Source of the DNA: an uncultured Muribaculaceae bacterium
GTDB taxonomy: Bacteria > Bacillota_I > Bacilli_A > RF39 > UBA660
Length of the DNA: 64,000 bases
NCBI GenBank assembly: GCA_964587565.1
Contig: CAZPLK010000004.1
Location: 4,220 to 68,219 of the forward strand
Reading direction: 5' to 3'
The stretch's first letter is position 1. Every line of letters starts with the position of its first letter. Below are positions 52,630 to 62,891 of the stretch, piece by piece. A model generated the notes under the pieces. The model saw only the letters and a program-made list of their open reading frames with translations, searched no databases and had not been told where the DNA came from. The translations under genes were made by a program, and so were the position numbers.

Positions 52630-54708
52630 ATGATGAGCGTAAAAGAATATGCATTTGAAATGAAAAAAACGGTTGAAGAAATATTGGTTTATTGTACCGG
52701 TTTAGGGTTTGATATTAATGACAAAAAAGCTAAATTAACTGAAGAAATGATTGTTGAGTTGGACAATATAATTAAAATAGAAGAAGAAGATGATGAAATA
52801 ACAAAAATAGTTGAAAATTTAAAAGATAATGACGAGGTACAGGAGAACAAAAGAAAAAGAACTAAAAAAAATAATACAAATAAAAATGATGTAACTAAAC
52901 AGCGCAAAAATATGTATAAAAACAAAGAAAAATTAACCTCAAACTTCGCTCCAACCAAAGACAATGTTATTTTATATAAAGAGAATATGTCAGTACGTGA
53001 ATTTGCAGAAAGGCTAGCAGTTAATCCAACAGAGGTGATAAAAAAATTATTTTCTTTAGGTGTAGTTGCTACGGTTAATAATTCTATTAGTTATGAAAGT
53101 GCGGAACTGTTGGCACTTGATTATAATAAAGAGTTAAAAAAAGAAGAAACTACTAATATATGTAATTTTGAAGAATACGAAATAATTGACAAACCAGAAG
53201 ATTTAGTAGAAAGACCCCCAATAGTTACAATCATGGGTCATGTAGATCATGGCAAAACGACTCTATTAGATACCATAAGAAAAGCTAATATTGCTAGTGG
53301 TGAAGCGGGTGGAATCACGCAAACTATAGGTGCATACCAAACAAAATGTCATAATAAACTTATAACTTTTATAGATACACCAGGGCATGAAGCTTTTACA
53401 GAGATGAGAGCAAGAGGTGCTAGTGTAACTGATATAGTTGTAATAATAGTTGCTGCTGATGATGGTTTAATGCCACAAACAAAAGAGGCTATTGACCACG
53501 CAAAAGATGCCAATGTGCCAATTATAGTAGCTATTAATAAAATTGATAAACAAGATGCTAACCCCGATATCGTTATGACGGAGTTAGCTGAATATGGTTT
53601 ATTACCCGATACTTGGGGTGGAGATACATTGTATTCAAATATATCTGCACTCACTGGTGAAGGGATAAACGAATTTTTAGAAAACATTTTACTAATATCC
53701 GAAATGCAAGAATATAAAGCAAACCCAAACAGGTATTCAAGCGGTACAGTTATAGAGTCACGTTTAGATAAACATGTGGGCACAATTGCAACATTAATTG
53801 TCCAAAATGGTACTTTAAGAGTTGGAGATCCAATTGTTGTTGGTACATGCTTTGGAAAAGTTAGGACAATGAAAAGTGATACAGGTGTAGAAATCACATC
53901 TGCATCTCCTTCTCAACCTGTGTATATAACAGGGTTAAGTAATTTACCGCAAGCTGGTGATAAATTTATGGCATTTGAAACAGAAAAAGAAGCTAAATGT
54001 ATTGCCGAAGAAAGAAAGCGAATGCTAGAAGATAAAGCGTCGGGAGCTAAAACTGCTGTAACATTAGATGATATTTTCAGCAAAATTCAAGATGGAGTTA
54101 AAGAGATAAAAGTTTTAATAAAAGCTGATCTTGACGGTAGTGCTGAAGCATTAAAACAAACGTTAGAAAAAATTGAAGTAGAAGGTGTTCGAATTAAAGT
54201 AATAAGAAGTGGAGTAGGTGCGGTTACTGAAAATGATGTATTGCTGGCACGATCTGCAGGTGCTCTTATAATAGGATTTAACATTAATGTTTCAAATGAA
54301 ATTCAAAATTATTCAAAAGAACACGATGTGGAAATAAGACAATATAATGTAATATACAAAGTAGTTGAAGAAATGGAATTGGCGATGAAAGGGATGTTAG
54401 ATCCGATATATGAGGAAAAAATAATTGGAAGTGCGGAAGTAAGACAGTTATTTAAATTTTCAAAAGTGGGAGTAATTGCTGGTTCTTATGTTTTAGACGG
54501 TAAAATCACTTCATCAGCGCAAGCTCGTATAATTAGGGATAACAATGTAATTTATACTGGTGATATTCAGAGTATACAACGTGAAAAAGATTCAGTAAGG
54601 GAAGTTAAGAAAGGTTATGAATGTGGAATAACAATTGCTAATTTTGATGATATAAAAGCCGGTGATATTATTGAAGCATTCGAAATGATAGAAATAAAAA
54701 ACAGGTGA
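52630..54708 (+). CDS. infB: Translation initiation factor IF-2
   Basis: G domain GHVDHGKTTLLD / DTPGH / NKID. ATG at 52630 after GAGGTGG. Confidence 0.96.
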   Translation: MMSVKEYAFEMKKTVEEILVYCTGLGFDINDKKAKLTEEMIVELDNIIKIEEEDDEITKIVENLKDNDEVQENKRKRTKKNNTNKNDVTKQRKNMYKNKEKLTSNFAPTKDNVILYKENMSVREFAERLAVNPTEVIKKLFSLGVVATVNNSISYESAELLALDYNKELKKEETTNICNFEEYEIIDKPEDLVERPPIVTIMGHVDHGKTTLLDTIRKANIASGEAGGITQTIGAYQTKCHNKLITFIDTPGHEAFTEMRARGASVTDIVVIIVAADDGLMPQTKEAIDHAKDANVPIIVAINKIDKQDANPDIVMTELAEYGLLPDTWGGDTLYSNISALTGEGINEFLENILLISEMQEYKANPNRYSSGTVIESRLDKHVGTIATLIVQNGTLRVGDPIVVGTCFGKVRTMKSDTGVEITSASPSQPVYITGLSNLPQAGDKFMAFETEKEAKCIAEERKRMLEDKASGAKTAVTLDDIFSKIQDGVKEIKVLIKADLDGSAEALKQTLEKIEVEGVRIKVIRSGVGAVTENDVLLARSAGALIIGFNINVSNEIQNYSKEHDVEIRQYNVIYKVVEEMELAMKGMLDPIYEEKIIGSAEVRQLFKFSKVGVIAGSYVLDGKITSSAQARIIRDNNVIYTGDIQSIQREKDSVREVKKGYECGITIANFDDIKAGDIIEAFEMIEIKNR

Positions 54709-54712
54709 TAAG

Positions 54713-55081
54713 ATGAGTGTTAAAATTAATAGATTATCTAATATATTAAAACGTGAAATAAGCAATATATTAGCTAATGAAGTAAAAGATAAAAATATAA
54801 AATTCGTAACGGTAACTGATGTTAAACTTTCAAGTGATTTAAGTTTTGCTAAGGTATATGTTACAGTATTAAATGATGAAACAAGAAATGATACAATGAA
54901 ATCTTTAAAAAATGCTAGCAGTTTTGTTAGAGGAAAACTACACGACCATGTTGAAATGCGTCATATACCAGAAATATCATTTATATATGATGAATCAATC
55001 GAATATGGACAGAAAATTGAAAGTATTATAAGTGATCTTAATAAAAAAAGTAACACCCCAAAAATTGATAACGAAGAGTAA
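54713..55081 (+). CDS. rbfA: Ribosome-binding factor A
   Basis: RLSNILKREISNIL...V.LS.DLS.AKVY. Confidence 0.92.
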   Translation: MSVKINRLSNILKREISNILANEVKDKNIKFVTVTDVKLSSDLSFAKVYVTVLNDETRNDTMKSLKNASSFVRGKLHDHVEMRHIPEISFIYDESIEYGQKIESIISDLNKKSNTPKIDNEE

Positions 55082-55174
55082 ATAAATATTTGCTCTTTTT
55101 ATTAATAAAATAAATGAAAACAATAAAATAATGATATAATGTATTTAAGTTGTAAAAATCAGGACGGTGATAAA

Positions 55175-56449
55175 ATGAAAAGGGCAATAGTTTTATCTGG
55201 TGGTGGTGCAAAAGGTGCATATCAAATAGGCGTTTGGCGGGCTTTAAGAAAAATGGGGTTAAAGTATGATATAGTAACTGGAACATCAGTTGGGGCATTA
55301 AACGGTGCTTTAATGGTGCAAAAAGAATATATAAAGGCTAGAAGCATGTGGTATAACATTAATTTTGATATGATCTTCGATGAACAATTAGATGGAAACT
55401 TTAATACTTTTAAAGGAAAAATTGAAATATTCAAAAAATACATGTCAAATTTTTTACTACATGGTGGTATGGATGTAAGCAAATTAGAAAAAACAATGGA
55501 AAAATACATTGATCATAAAAAATTTTATAAATCAAACATAGACTATGCATTAGTTACTGTTAATTTATCAAGTTTTAAACCTGTTTTATTAACTAAAGAT
55601 AATATTCCAACATTAAAACTTAAAGATTATTTAATGGCATCTGCAACTTGTTTTCCAGCATTTAAAATGAAAACTATTGATGATGATTTATTTATAGATG
55701 GTGCTTACTATGATAAAATACCAATTAATCAAGCAATCAAAATGGGCGCAACCGAAATAATTGCAGTAGATTTAAATTCATTTGGTTTAACTAGAAAAGT
55801 AAAAGAAAAGGATGTTACAATTATTTATATAACTCCAAGAAACAAATTAGACTCTTTTTTAATATTTGATAAAAACTTTTCAAGAAGAAGTATGAAATTA
55901 GGTTATAACGATGCAATGAAAACCTTTAATAAGTTGGATGGAAACAAATACACTTTTAGAAAAAATCACTTAAATAAAAACTTTAATAAATATTACAGTT
56001 TATATAAAGAAAATTTAATTAATATAATTAACAAATGTGATGATGATAGCATAATAAAAAAAGAAGTACTTACTAAAAATAAAATATCTGACATTTTAAA
56101 TAATAAAGAAAAAAAATCTTTAGCAATAATTAATGAATTAATGGAATATTTAGGTGAAAGGTATAAACTAGATGACAGTATAATTTACCGCACTGAAAAA
56201 TATAACAAGTTATTATTAGAAGCTAATAGCTTATATGAAGAATTTAATATAAAATTAATAGAGAGTAAAATAAAAAATAAAGATATAATAAAATTAGCTG
56301 ATAGGGGTTATTTTATAAAATATATATTTAATAAAATAAATTCAATAGAGCAAGATGAAAAAGTTAAAAGAGAAATATGCAATTATTTGTTAATATTTGA
56401 AAAAGATGTTTTGGCAGCAATTTATTTATATACAATTAGTAAAAAGTAG
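55175..56449 (+). CDS. Patatin-like phospholipase with ~170-aa uncharacterised C-terminal region
   Basis: GGGAKGAYQIGV oxyanion motif, GTSVGA nucleophile elbow, DGAYYD catalytic Asp. Confidence 0.85.
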   Translation: MKRAIVLSGGGAKGAYQIGVWRALRKMGLKYDIVTGTSVGALNGALMVQKEYIKARSMWYNINFDMIFDEQLDGNFNTFKGKIEIFKKYMSNFLLHGGMDVSKLEKTMEKYIDHKKFYKSNIDYALVTVNLSSFKPVLLTKDNIPTLKLKDYLMASATCFPAFKMKTIDDDLFIDGAYYDKIPINQAIKMGATEIIAVDLNSFGLTRKVKEKDVTIIYITPRNKLDSFLIFDKNFSRRSMKLGYNDAMKTFNKLDGNKYTFRKNHLNKNFNKYYSLYKENLINIINKCDDDSIIKKEVLTKNKISDILNNKEKKSLAIINELMEYLGERYKLDDSIIYRTEKYNKLLLEANSLYEEFNIKLIESKIKNKDIIKLADRGYFIKYIFNKINSIEQDEKVKREICNYLLIFEKDVLAAIYLYTISKK

Positions 56450-56458
56450 GAGGATTTT

Positions 56459-57472
56459 ATGAAAAATAAAAAAAATATTTTAACTGGTATAAGACCAACA
56501 GGAAAATTACATTTAGGTCATTATTTTGGTGCTATAACCAATTGGATTAAATTACAAGAAGAATATAATTCGTACTTTGAATTGGCTGATGTTCAAGCAT
56601 TAACTGATAATTTTACTAATCCTGATAAGGTTAGGGATAATGTTAGAGAAGTTGCTATAGATTTATTATCGTCAGGAATCGATCCAAATAAATCAACAAT
56701 ATTTATTCAATCATTAATACCCGAAATAGCGGAGTTAACAATATATTACTCTAATATGGTTACAATATCACGCCTATATAGAAATCCAACAGTAAAAACA
56801 GAAATGGAGCACAAAAAAAACTTGTTTGGAAATAAAGGTGAAAGTGTTACTTATGGTTTTTTGGGTTATCCTGTTAGCCAAGCAGCAGATATTACAGCTT
56901 TTGATGGTGAGTTAGTACCAGTTGGTGAAGATCAACTACCATTGATTGAACAATGCCGAGAAATTGTAAGGAAATTTAATAACATATACGGTGAAACATT
57001 AAAGGAGCCAGAGCATTATTTAAGCGAAACTCCTCGAATAAAGGGCTTAGATGGAAATGATAAGATGGGAAAAAGTCTTGGTAATGCAGTTTATTTAAGT
57101 GACGATCATGAAACTATTTCCAAAAAAATAATGGGTGCTATTACTGATACAAAAAAAATTAGAAAAGACGATCCCGGGAATCCTGATAATTGTATGGTTT
57201 TTTACTATCATAAATTAGTAAATAAAGAAAACATTAAAGTTGTGGATAAAGAATGTAGAGCGGGTAGTAGAGGTTGTGTTGATTGTAAAAAAGAACTTAT
57301 ATCAAATATGATAGATTTTTTGAAACCGATTCAAGAAAAGAGAAAATATTATGAAGATAATCCAGAAATAGTTGATGAAATTTTAAAAGTGGGAACAGAA
57401 AAAGCAAGAAATAAATCAAAAGAAGTTATGAAAAGAGTAAGAAAGAATATGAAAATAAACTATTTTGAATAA
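56459..57472 (+). CDS. trpS: Tryptophan--tRNA ligase
   Basis: 337 aa class I. GKLHLGHY (HIGH) and KMGKS (KMSKS). TrpRS-like size and pattern. Confidence 0.88.
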   Translation: MKNKKNILTGIRPTGKLHLGHYFGAITNWIKLQEEYNSYFELADVQALTDNFTNPDKVRDNVREVAIDLLSSGIDPNKSTIFIQSLIPEIAELTIYYSNMVTISRLYRNPTVKTEMEHKKNLFGNKGESVTYGFLGYPVSQAADITAFDGELVPVGEDQLPLIEQCREIVRKFNNIYGETLKEPEHYLSETPRIKGLDGNDKMGKSLGNAVYLSDDHETISKKIMGAITDTKKIRKDDPGNPDNCMVFYYHKLVNKENIKVVDKECRAGSRGCVDCKKELISNMIDFLKPIQEKRKYYEDNPEIVDEILKVGTEKARNKSKEVMKRVRKNMKINYFE

Positions 57473-57516
57473 TAATAATTTTTAGCCTAACATATTATTA
57501 AATATGGAGGGTTATA

Positions 57517-58350
57517 ATGGAAAAATTAGTTTTATTTTTAAAAGGATTAATGATAGGGATAGGGAAAATCATACCTGGTTTAAGTGGATCTATGATTATG
57601 ATGATATTTGGACTTTATGAAAAAACAATTGACAAAATTTTAAATTTTTTTGATGATGTAATTAATAATGTTAAATATTTAATAGTATTATCTAGTGGAG
57701 TTCTTTTATCAATAATATTTGTAAGCAAAGTAATTAAAGTTATAATTAATAAATATTATTTTTTAATTATTTGCTTTTTTGTTGGTTTAATCTTAGGTGG
57801 AATACCATCACTCCTAAAAGAGTTAAAAGGAACAACGACTAAAACAAATGTGGGTATATTTGTATTTTTTTTCATAATAATAATATCCCTTTCATTTGTA
57901 AATATAACTGATCAAAATATTACTAATGTTAGTAATAATTTCTTTTTGTTATTTATTGTAGGAGTAATTGAAGCTGCTACAATGATAGTGCCAGGTATTA
58001 GTGGTACTGCAGTGTTAATGTCATTAGGTTTATATCACATATTGCTAGATGTATTTAGTAACTTAATTAACATAAGTTTATTTATAAGTAACATAAAATC
58101 TATAATTCCCTTTTTACTAGGATTAGGTACTGGAGGATTAATTTTTATAAAAGTAATGCAAATATTGTTGTTAAAACACAAAGTAAAATCATATTGGGTT
58201 ATAACGTCTCTCGCTTTATCATCTGTATTACTTATGATAGTCAAAACATTAAAATTTAACTATTATATAACAGAAATCATATTTGGAATATCACTATTAG
58301 TTGTGGGGTATATTTTATCTAGAATGTTTGAGTTGAAATTTAATAAGTGA
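57517..58350 (+). CDS. DUF368 family membrane protein (polyprenyl-phosphate transporter family)
   Basis: Duplicated PG(L/I)SG(S/T) motif (IPGLSGS, VPGISGT) in a polytopic protein. Confidence 0.75.
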   Translation: MEKLVLFLKGLMIGIGKIIPGLSGSMIMMIFGLYEKTIDKILNFFDDVINNVKYLIVLSSGVLLSIIFVSKVIKVIINKYYFLIICFFVGLILGGIPSLLKELKGTTTKTNVGIFVFFFIIIISLSFVNITDQNITNVSNNFFLLFIVGVIEAATMIVPGISGTAVLMSLGLYHILLDVFSNLINISLFISNIKSIIPFLLGLGTGGLIFIKVMQILLLKHKVKSYWVITSLALSSVLLMIVKTLKFNYYITEIIFGISLLVVGYILSRMFELKFNK

Positions 58351-58398
58351 AGTGTATAATTTTTGTAATTGGCATACAATGATTTAGGGGGTTATGTT

Positions 58399-58731
58399 AT
58401 GAAAAAAGAATTGCCTAAAATATTTATTAATAAAATTGATAAAAAATTAAACAATAACAAGCAAGTTAGTTATAGTTACAAAGAAAAAAATAAACAAGCT
58501 TTTTATGAAAATGGAAAAGAAAACAAAAAAACAATTAGTATTAATATTAATGAAAAAATAGATAATATTTTAAACTCACCTCGATATGTTTATAAAGCAG
58601 ATGTTCTAATTGATATAAATAATAAAATTATAAAAAGGCAAATAGTTGGAAAAAATAATACACATATCATAACGATAAACAATGAGTTGATACCAATTAA
58701 TGAAATAAAGGATATTAGTTTTTCAAAATAA
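58399..58731 (+). CDS. Small Lys/Asn-rich protein, possible CotO-like spore coat protein
   Basis: 110 aa after AGGGGG. Convergent with the cotZ-like gene, as cotO is with cotZ in B. subtilis. The C-terminal ...Y.ADVLIDINNKII.R.IVG....HIITINNELIPINEIKDISF pattern resembles CotO as remembered. Weak. Confidence 0.4.
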   Translation: MKKELPKIFINKIDKKLNNNKQVSYSYKEKNKQAFYENGKENKKTISININEKIDNILNSPRYVYKADVLIDINNKIIKRQIVGKNNTHIITINNELIPINEIKDISFSK

Positions 58732-58753
58732 AAACAGGTTTAAAACCTGTTTT
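58731..58753. terminator. Bidirectional intrinsic terminator between convergent coat-like genes
   Basis: AAAACAGGTT-TAA-AACCTGTTTT, flanked by A/T runs on both strands. Confidence 0.8.
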
Positions 58754-58757
58754 AACA

Positions 58758-59183
58758 TTATAAATCAACGACTGTATCAGTTAAACATCTTATAGCACAA
58801 ACACAACTTAAATCCATTGTAAAAAATGAGTTTGTTGATTTCCAAGTGTTTGGATCGTGTTTAGAAGGTTTCAGAACCCTAAACGTAGCACAACAACCAT
58901 CTAATTTTTCAATTCTAAAGACATTAGAATTCATTTGCGGAGAGCTTTCACAAGAGGTATCATTTTTAGATATTGGCATCTCCCAAGGAGTACCATTACC
59001 AGTAGCGGTATATAACATAATTGGCCTTGTATTGTATTTCGGACAAACAACATTATTACCTAAGAATCCTTTGTCGCAAGTATCTAAACATTCATCCTCA
59101 GGTTTACTATGTTGTTGTAACATTAAAATTATTGAAAGAATTTCAGAAACACAATTGCAATTATCCTTTTTATTTGAACACAT
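58758..59183 (-). CDS. CotY/CotZ/ExsY-family cysteine-rich spore coat/exosporium protein
   Basis: 141 aa. CATFRVL and DLSCVCAIRCL match B. subtilis CotZ/CotY segments (SCATL..L, DLDCFCAINCL, from memory). 13 Cys by my count. Confidence 0.75.
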   Translation of the reverse strand: MCSNKKDNCNCVSEILSIILMLQQHSKPEDECLDTCDKGFLGNNVVCPKYNTRPIMLYTATGNGTPWEMPISKNDTSCESSPQMNSNVFRIEKLDGCCATFRVLKPSKHDPNTWKSTNSFFTMDLSCVCAIRCLTDTVVDL

Positions 59184-59323
59184 AAAACCACCCTTTCATT
59201 TGTTTTCAATATTAGGATATTCAGAACGATAAAAAGAGTGTTAACTAATACCTATTAAAAAAGGTAATAAAGTTTTTAATATTATATGTGATATAATATT
59301 GTTATGTTTGAAGGTGGTTTGTG

Positions 59324-61297
59324 ATGAAAAATTATATGTTTAATAATAAATATATAAAAAATAATAACTTTTTCATATTATTCATTATAATGTTTATTAG
59401 TTTAATTTATGTGGAAATACTATTTAAATATTTTGCATTTAAGCAAATTTATGGGTTAGAATTAATTAGGATATTTTTATTTACCATATTCACAAGCTTA
59501 ATAATATCCTTTTTTGCATCATTATTTAAAAAAATGATTGCAAAAACAATCGTATTAACAACAATATTTTTTTCAAGTATTTATGCAATTACACAATTAA
59601 ATTTTAAAAATTTTATGGGTAACTACATGTCACTTAATGCAACTAGTGATGGAATTGGAAGAGTTACGAATGAAATTAAAGCATTCATACTATACATTAA
59701 TCCTTTTTATTTATTATTGCTAGTTCCATTTTTATTAATATTTGTTTTATTCAACAAATTAAAATTAATATATCACAGACCTAAATATTTAAGTATAATT
59801 AAAAGAACACTTTTAATTATTTCAATTCATTTAATATCGTTATCCACTTTATATATTCCATTTTTTCAAACGCCTACTCAAATTAAAGATAATAAAACAT
59901 TATATAAAAACCCGGTACTAATAGAATTATCGTTAAAACAATTTGGAATAATACGCTTTTTTGTGAGAGATTTTATATATATATTTAATAAGCATGAAGA
60001 ATTTATTGTTATAGATAAAACTGAAAGCGAGGAGTCACCACCTGTTGCAATTCCAGATTACACAAGAGAAATAGATGATACTCAGTGGAAAAATATAATG
60101 AAAAATGAAAAAAATAAACAAATAAACAAATTACATGAATTTTACATTAACCAAAACATTACTATAAAAAATGATATGACAGGTATGTTTAAAGATAAAA
60201 ACTTAATTTATATTATGGTGGAAGCTTTTGATATGATTGCCATTAATGAACAACTGACACCAACGTTATATAAATTATCAACTGAAGGTATCACATTTGA
60301 TAATTATTATGCTCCTAAATATAGTTGTACAACAGGAGAAAGTGAGTTTATAAGTTTGATGTCAATAATTCCTAGTTTAACTTTGTGTACTCCAAATTCA
60401 TATAAAAACAATAATTACAGCACTTCACTTTTCCAACTTTTTTCTAATAATGATTACTTTAATACTTCTTATCATAATTATTCGGATAAATATTATCATA
60501 GGAAAACCTTGCATAAAAATATGGGTTCTTTAAAATTTTATAATGATGAAGATTTAGCAATTAATAAAATATTAGGATGGCCTAGTGATTTAAATTTAAT
60601 GGAAGAAGCACTCCCACATTTTATTAATGAAGAAAAATTTATGAGTTTTATAATTACTTCATCGATGCATTTTCCTTATGATGAAGATGGGCATGTTGGG
60701 GTGGTATTAAAGCATTGGGACAAAGTGAAAAAACTGCCATACAATAATAAAATAAAAAGATACATGGCTAAAGCAATTGAATTTGATTTATCAATTAAAT
60801 ATTTGTTAGAACAATTAAAATCAAAGAATATACTTGATGACACTGTAATTGTACTGTTTGGTGATCATCATCCATTGAACATGGAATATAAATATTTAAA
60901 TGAAGCATCGCCAATAGATAGAATTAAAGATTTTAATATCGATAAATTACCATTCATCATATATAATAATCAAATCGAACCAATGACTGTGAATAAAACA
61001 GCTAGTACTTTTGATATTGTGCCTACAATTGCTAATTTATTTGATTTAAATTATGATCCAAGATATTACATAGGTAAAGATTTGTTTTCAAAAGAGGAAA
61101 CAATTGTTATATTTTCTTCAGGAAGCTGGATAACAGACAAAGCAATTTATTATTCGAGTACTGGTCATTACAAAGAACTCCAAGCAATTGATGAAGATTA
61201 TATAAATGAGGTAAACAAAAAGGTAAATAATTATTTTTTAGTCTCTGATCAAACATTAGTGCTCGATTATTTTAAATACCGTTTCCCTAATAATTAA
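59324..61297 (+). CDS. LTA synthase (LtaS) family sulfatase-domain membrane protein
   Basis: About 5 N-terminal TM segments, then an extracellular domain with VEAFD, CTTGESEF (nucleophile Thr region) and GDHHP. Confidence 0.8.
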   Translation: MKNYMFNNKYIKNNNFFILFIIMFISLIYVEILFKYFAFKQIYGLELIRIFLFTIFTSLIISFFASLFKKMIAKTIVLTTIFFSSIYAITQLNFKNFMGNYMSLNATSDGIGRVTNEIKAFILYINPFYLLLLVPFLLIFVLFNKLKLIYHRPKYLSIIKRTLLIISIHLISLSTLYIPFFQTPTQIKDNKTLYKNPVLIELSLKQFGIIRFFVRDFIYIFNKHEEFIVIDKTESEESPPVAIPDYTREIDDTQWKNIMKNEKNKQINKLHEFYINQNITIKNDMTGMFKDKNLIYIMVEAFDMIAINEQLTPTLYKLSTEGITFDNYYAPKYSCTTGESEFISLMSIIPSLTLCTPNSYKNNNYSTSLFQLFSNNDYFNTSYHNYSDKYYHRKTLHKNMGSLKFYNDEDLAINKILGWPSDLNLMEEALPHFINEEKFMSFIITSSMHFPYDEDGHVGVVLKHWDKVKKLPYNNKIKRYMAKAIEFDLSIKYLLEQLKSKNILDDTVIVLFGDHHPLNMEYKYLNEASPIDRIKDFNIDKLPFIIYNNQIEPMTVNKTASTFDIVPTIANLFDLNYDPRYYIGKDLFSKEETIVIFSSGSWITDKAIYYSSTGHYKELQAIDEDYINEVNKKVNNYFLVSDQTLVLDYFKYRFPNN

Positions 61298-61298
61298 A

Positions 61299-61322
61299 AA
61301 AATGAGTATTAATACTCATTTT
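61299..61322. terminator. Bidirectional terminator between ltaS-family gene and UPF0316 gene
   Basis: AAATGAGTATT/AATACTCATTT perfect palindrome. Confidence 0.7.
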
Positions 61323-61839
61323 ATTTTACACTTTCTCTAAAATAACCATTTTGAACATATTTAGTTTCATTAACTACGATAAAGGCTTTGTTATCACATT
61401 TTTTTATTAAATCTCTTAAATGTTTAAAATCTTTTTTATCTACTTCCATTATTAACATATCATTTTCATTTGACTCATCAATGCCCTGTACTCCTACAAC
61501 TGATACAGCATAACCATTATCCCTTAGGAAGTTGGCAAGTTTTTTATTTCTATTTGAAACAACTTGAACGTTTAAACTTCCCTTAATAAATTTTTCAGAT
61601 AAATATCCACCAATAAGTGTACCAATTGAAAAGCCACCGGCATATGCAAAAACTATTAAAAGACTTGATACATCAGTGTTTATAGCTTCTCTAACAACTG
61701 CAAACCAAATTGCAACTTCTATAAAACCAACTATACTACCAATAATTTTTTTGCCCTTCACCACTAAAATCATTCTAATGGTCCCCATGGAAACATCAAA
61801 AATTCTAACTAAAAACACTTTAAGTGCTAAGATCCACAT
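61321..61839 (-). CDS. UPF0316 (DUF5698/DUF2179) membrane protein
   Basis: 172 aa. VRIFDVSMGTIRMILVVKG start typical of the family. C-terminal DUF2179-like soluble domain. Confidence 0.7.
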   Translation of the reverse strand: MWILALKVFLVRIFDVSMGTIRMILVVKGKKIIGSIVGFIEVAIWFAVVREAINTDVSSLLIVFAYAGGFSIGTLIGGYLSEKFIKGSLNVQVVSNRNKKLANFLRDNGYAVSVVGVQGIDESNENDMLIMEVDKKDFKHLRDLIKKCDNKAFIVVNETKYVQNGYFRESVK

Positions 61840-62041
61840 TGTTATCCTCCAGTTCTATGTTTGTTATTAATATTAACAACTTATTGAAATATATCAATAA
61901 CATCATACCATAAATAAACTTTTTTAGTCAATAATATATATAACAGCATTATAAGTTATATAATTAATTAGAAATTTTAAATAAAAATTAAATTTTTGTC
62001 ATTAAAATAAAAGACAAGTTTATAATTTAATAGGTGGTAAT

Positions 62042-62266
62042 ATGTTGTTGCGGATATTATTTTTTTTAATAGGTTTCGGTTTAACAATTATTGGTTGCGT
62101 CTTTATAATTAGTTATATGAATTTAATGGTAATCGGGTATAATTTTTATGAATATGTTAATTTTATTATTAAAAGAGTTGAATGTTATTATTCTGTAATT
62201 GGATTAATATTAATTTTTTTATCGATATTTTTACCAGGAGGAAAAAATAATGAACAATATTTATGA
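62042..62266 (+). CDS. Small two-TM membrane protein, unknown function
   Basis: 74 aa after AGGTGG. Two hydrophobic helices. Its end overlaps the next ORF by 17 nt. Confidence 0.5.
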   Translation: MLLRILFFLIGFGLTIIGCVFIISYMNLMVIGYNFYEYVNFIIKRVECYYSVIGLILIFLSIFLPGGKNNEQYL

Positions 62267-62885
62267 TATAGTTTTAAATTTTAATAAAAATCTATATGAA
62301 TTTTTTGAATGGAGTTTGAGTGATGATATTATACATATAAGAAAAATCCCATTAATTAAAGTAAATAGTAAAAATCTTTTAGAAATAAAAAACAATAAAA
62401 TAAAACTTTGTAATTCAATGTTAAACAAAATAAAATTCAAAACTGAATTATTTACAAAATTAAAAACCGAACAATTTGCATATAGTTGTTTATTTTGTGA
62501 TGGTACTAGTGTTTTAGGAATAATTTTTAATAAAAACGGAGTAAGTAAATTGAAATCAAGCATGTTACTAGATGAAGAAATGGAAGTGTTAGATTTTTCT
62601 ATTAGGTTAGAAGAAAAAGATATAGATTATAAAATAATTAAACAAGAAAACATGAATGAATTTATGACACGTGAAGAAAAGGAAATAGATGATTATATAA
62701 GAGTAGAAATTAACAAAATAACAAATGTTGAAAAACTGAAATATATATATTATGAATGTTTTGATGAGATAGAACATGATGAAAATGAAATAATAAAAAA
62801 AATAAATAATGAATTACAACATAATTGGATGGAAATTTCTGCAAAATTATATAATTTTTTCAAGTTAACATCTATAAACAAGTAA
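62250..62885 (+). CDS. Conserved-looking hypothetical protein (211 aa)
   Basis: RBS AGGAGGAAAAAATA upstream. The N-terminal IYDIVLNF....YEFFEW...D.I.HIRKIPL pattern is reminiscent of a Firmicute DUF family that I cannot name with certainty. Confidence 0.55.
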   Translation: MNNIYDIVLNFNKNLYEFFEWSLSDDIIHIRKIPLIKVNSKNLLEIKNNKIKLCNSMLNKIKFKTELFTKLKTEQFAYSCLFCDGTSVLGIIFNKNGVSKLKSSMLLDEEMEVLDFSIRLEEKDIDYKIIKQENMNEFMTREEKEIDDYIRVEINKITNVEKLKYIYYECFDEIEHDENEIIKKINNELQHNWMEISAKLYNFFKLTSINK

Positions 62886-62891
62886 AACACC

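Noticed and set aside
55175-56449. Patatin-like phospholipase as an effector of a CBASS-type or other defence system.
   Set aside because: No cyclase, sensor, TIR/SMODS or other partner gene is adjacent. The neighbours are rbfA and trpS, so it is more likely a housekeeping lipase.
56440-56460. Looked for T-box leaders upstream of trpS and asnS (62886-62977).
   Set aside because: The spacers are 9 nt and about 90 nt respectively, too short for a T-box. No specifier or T-box sequence is seen.
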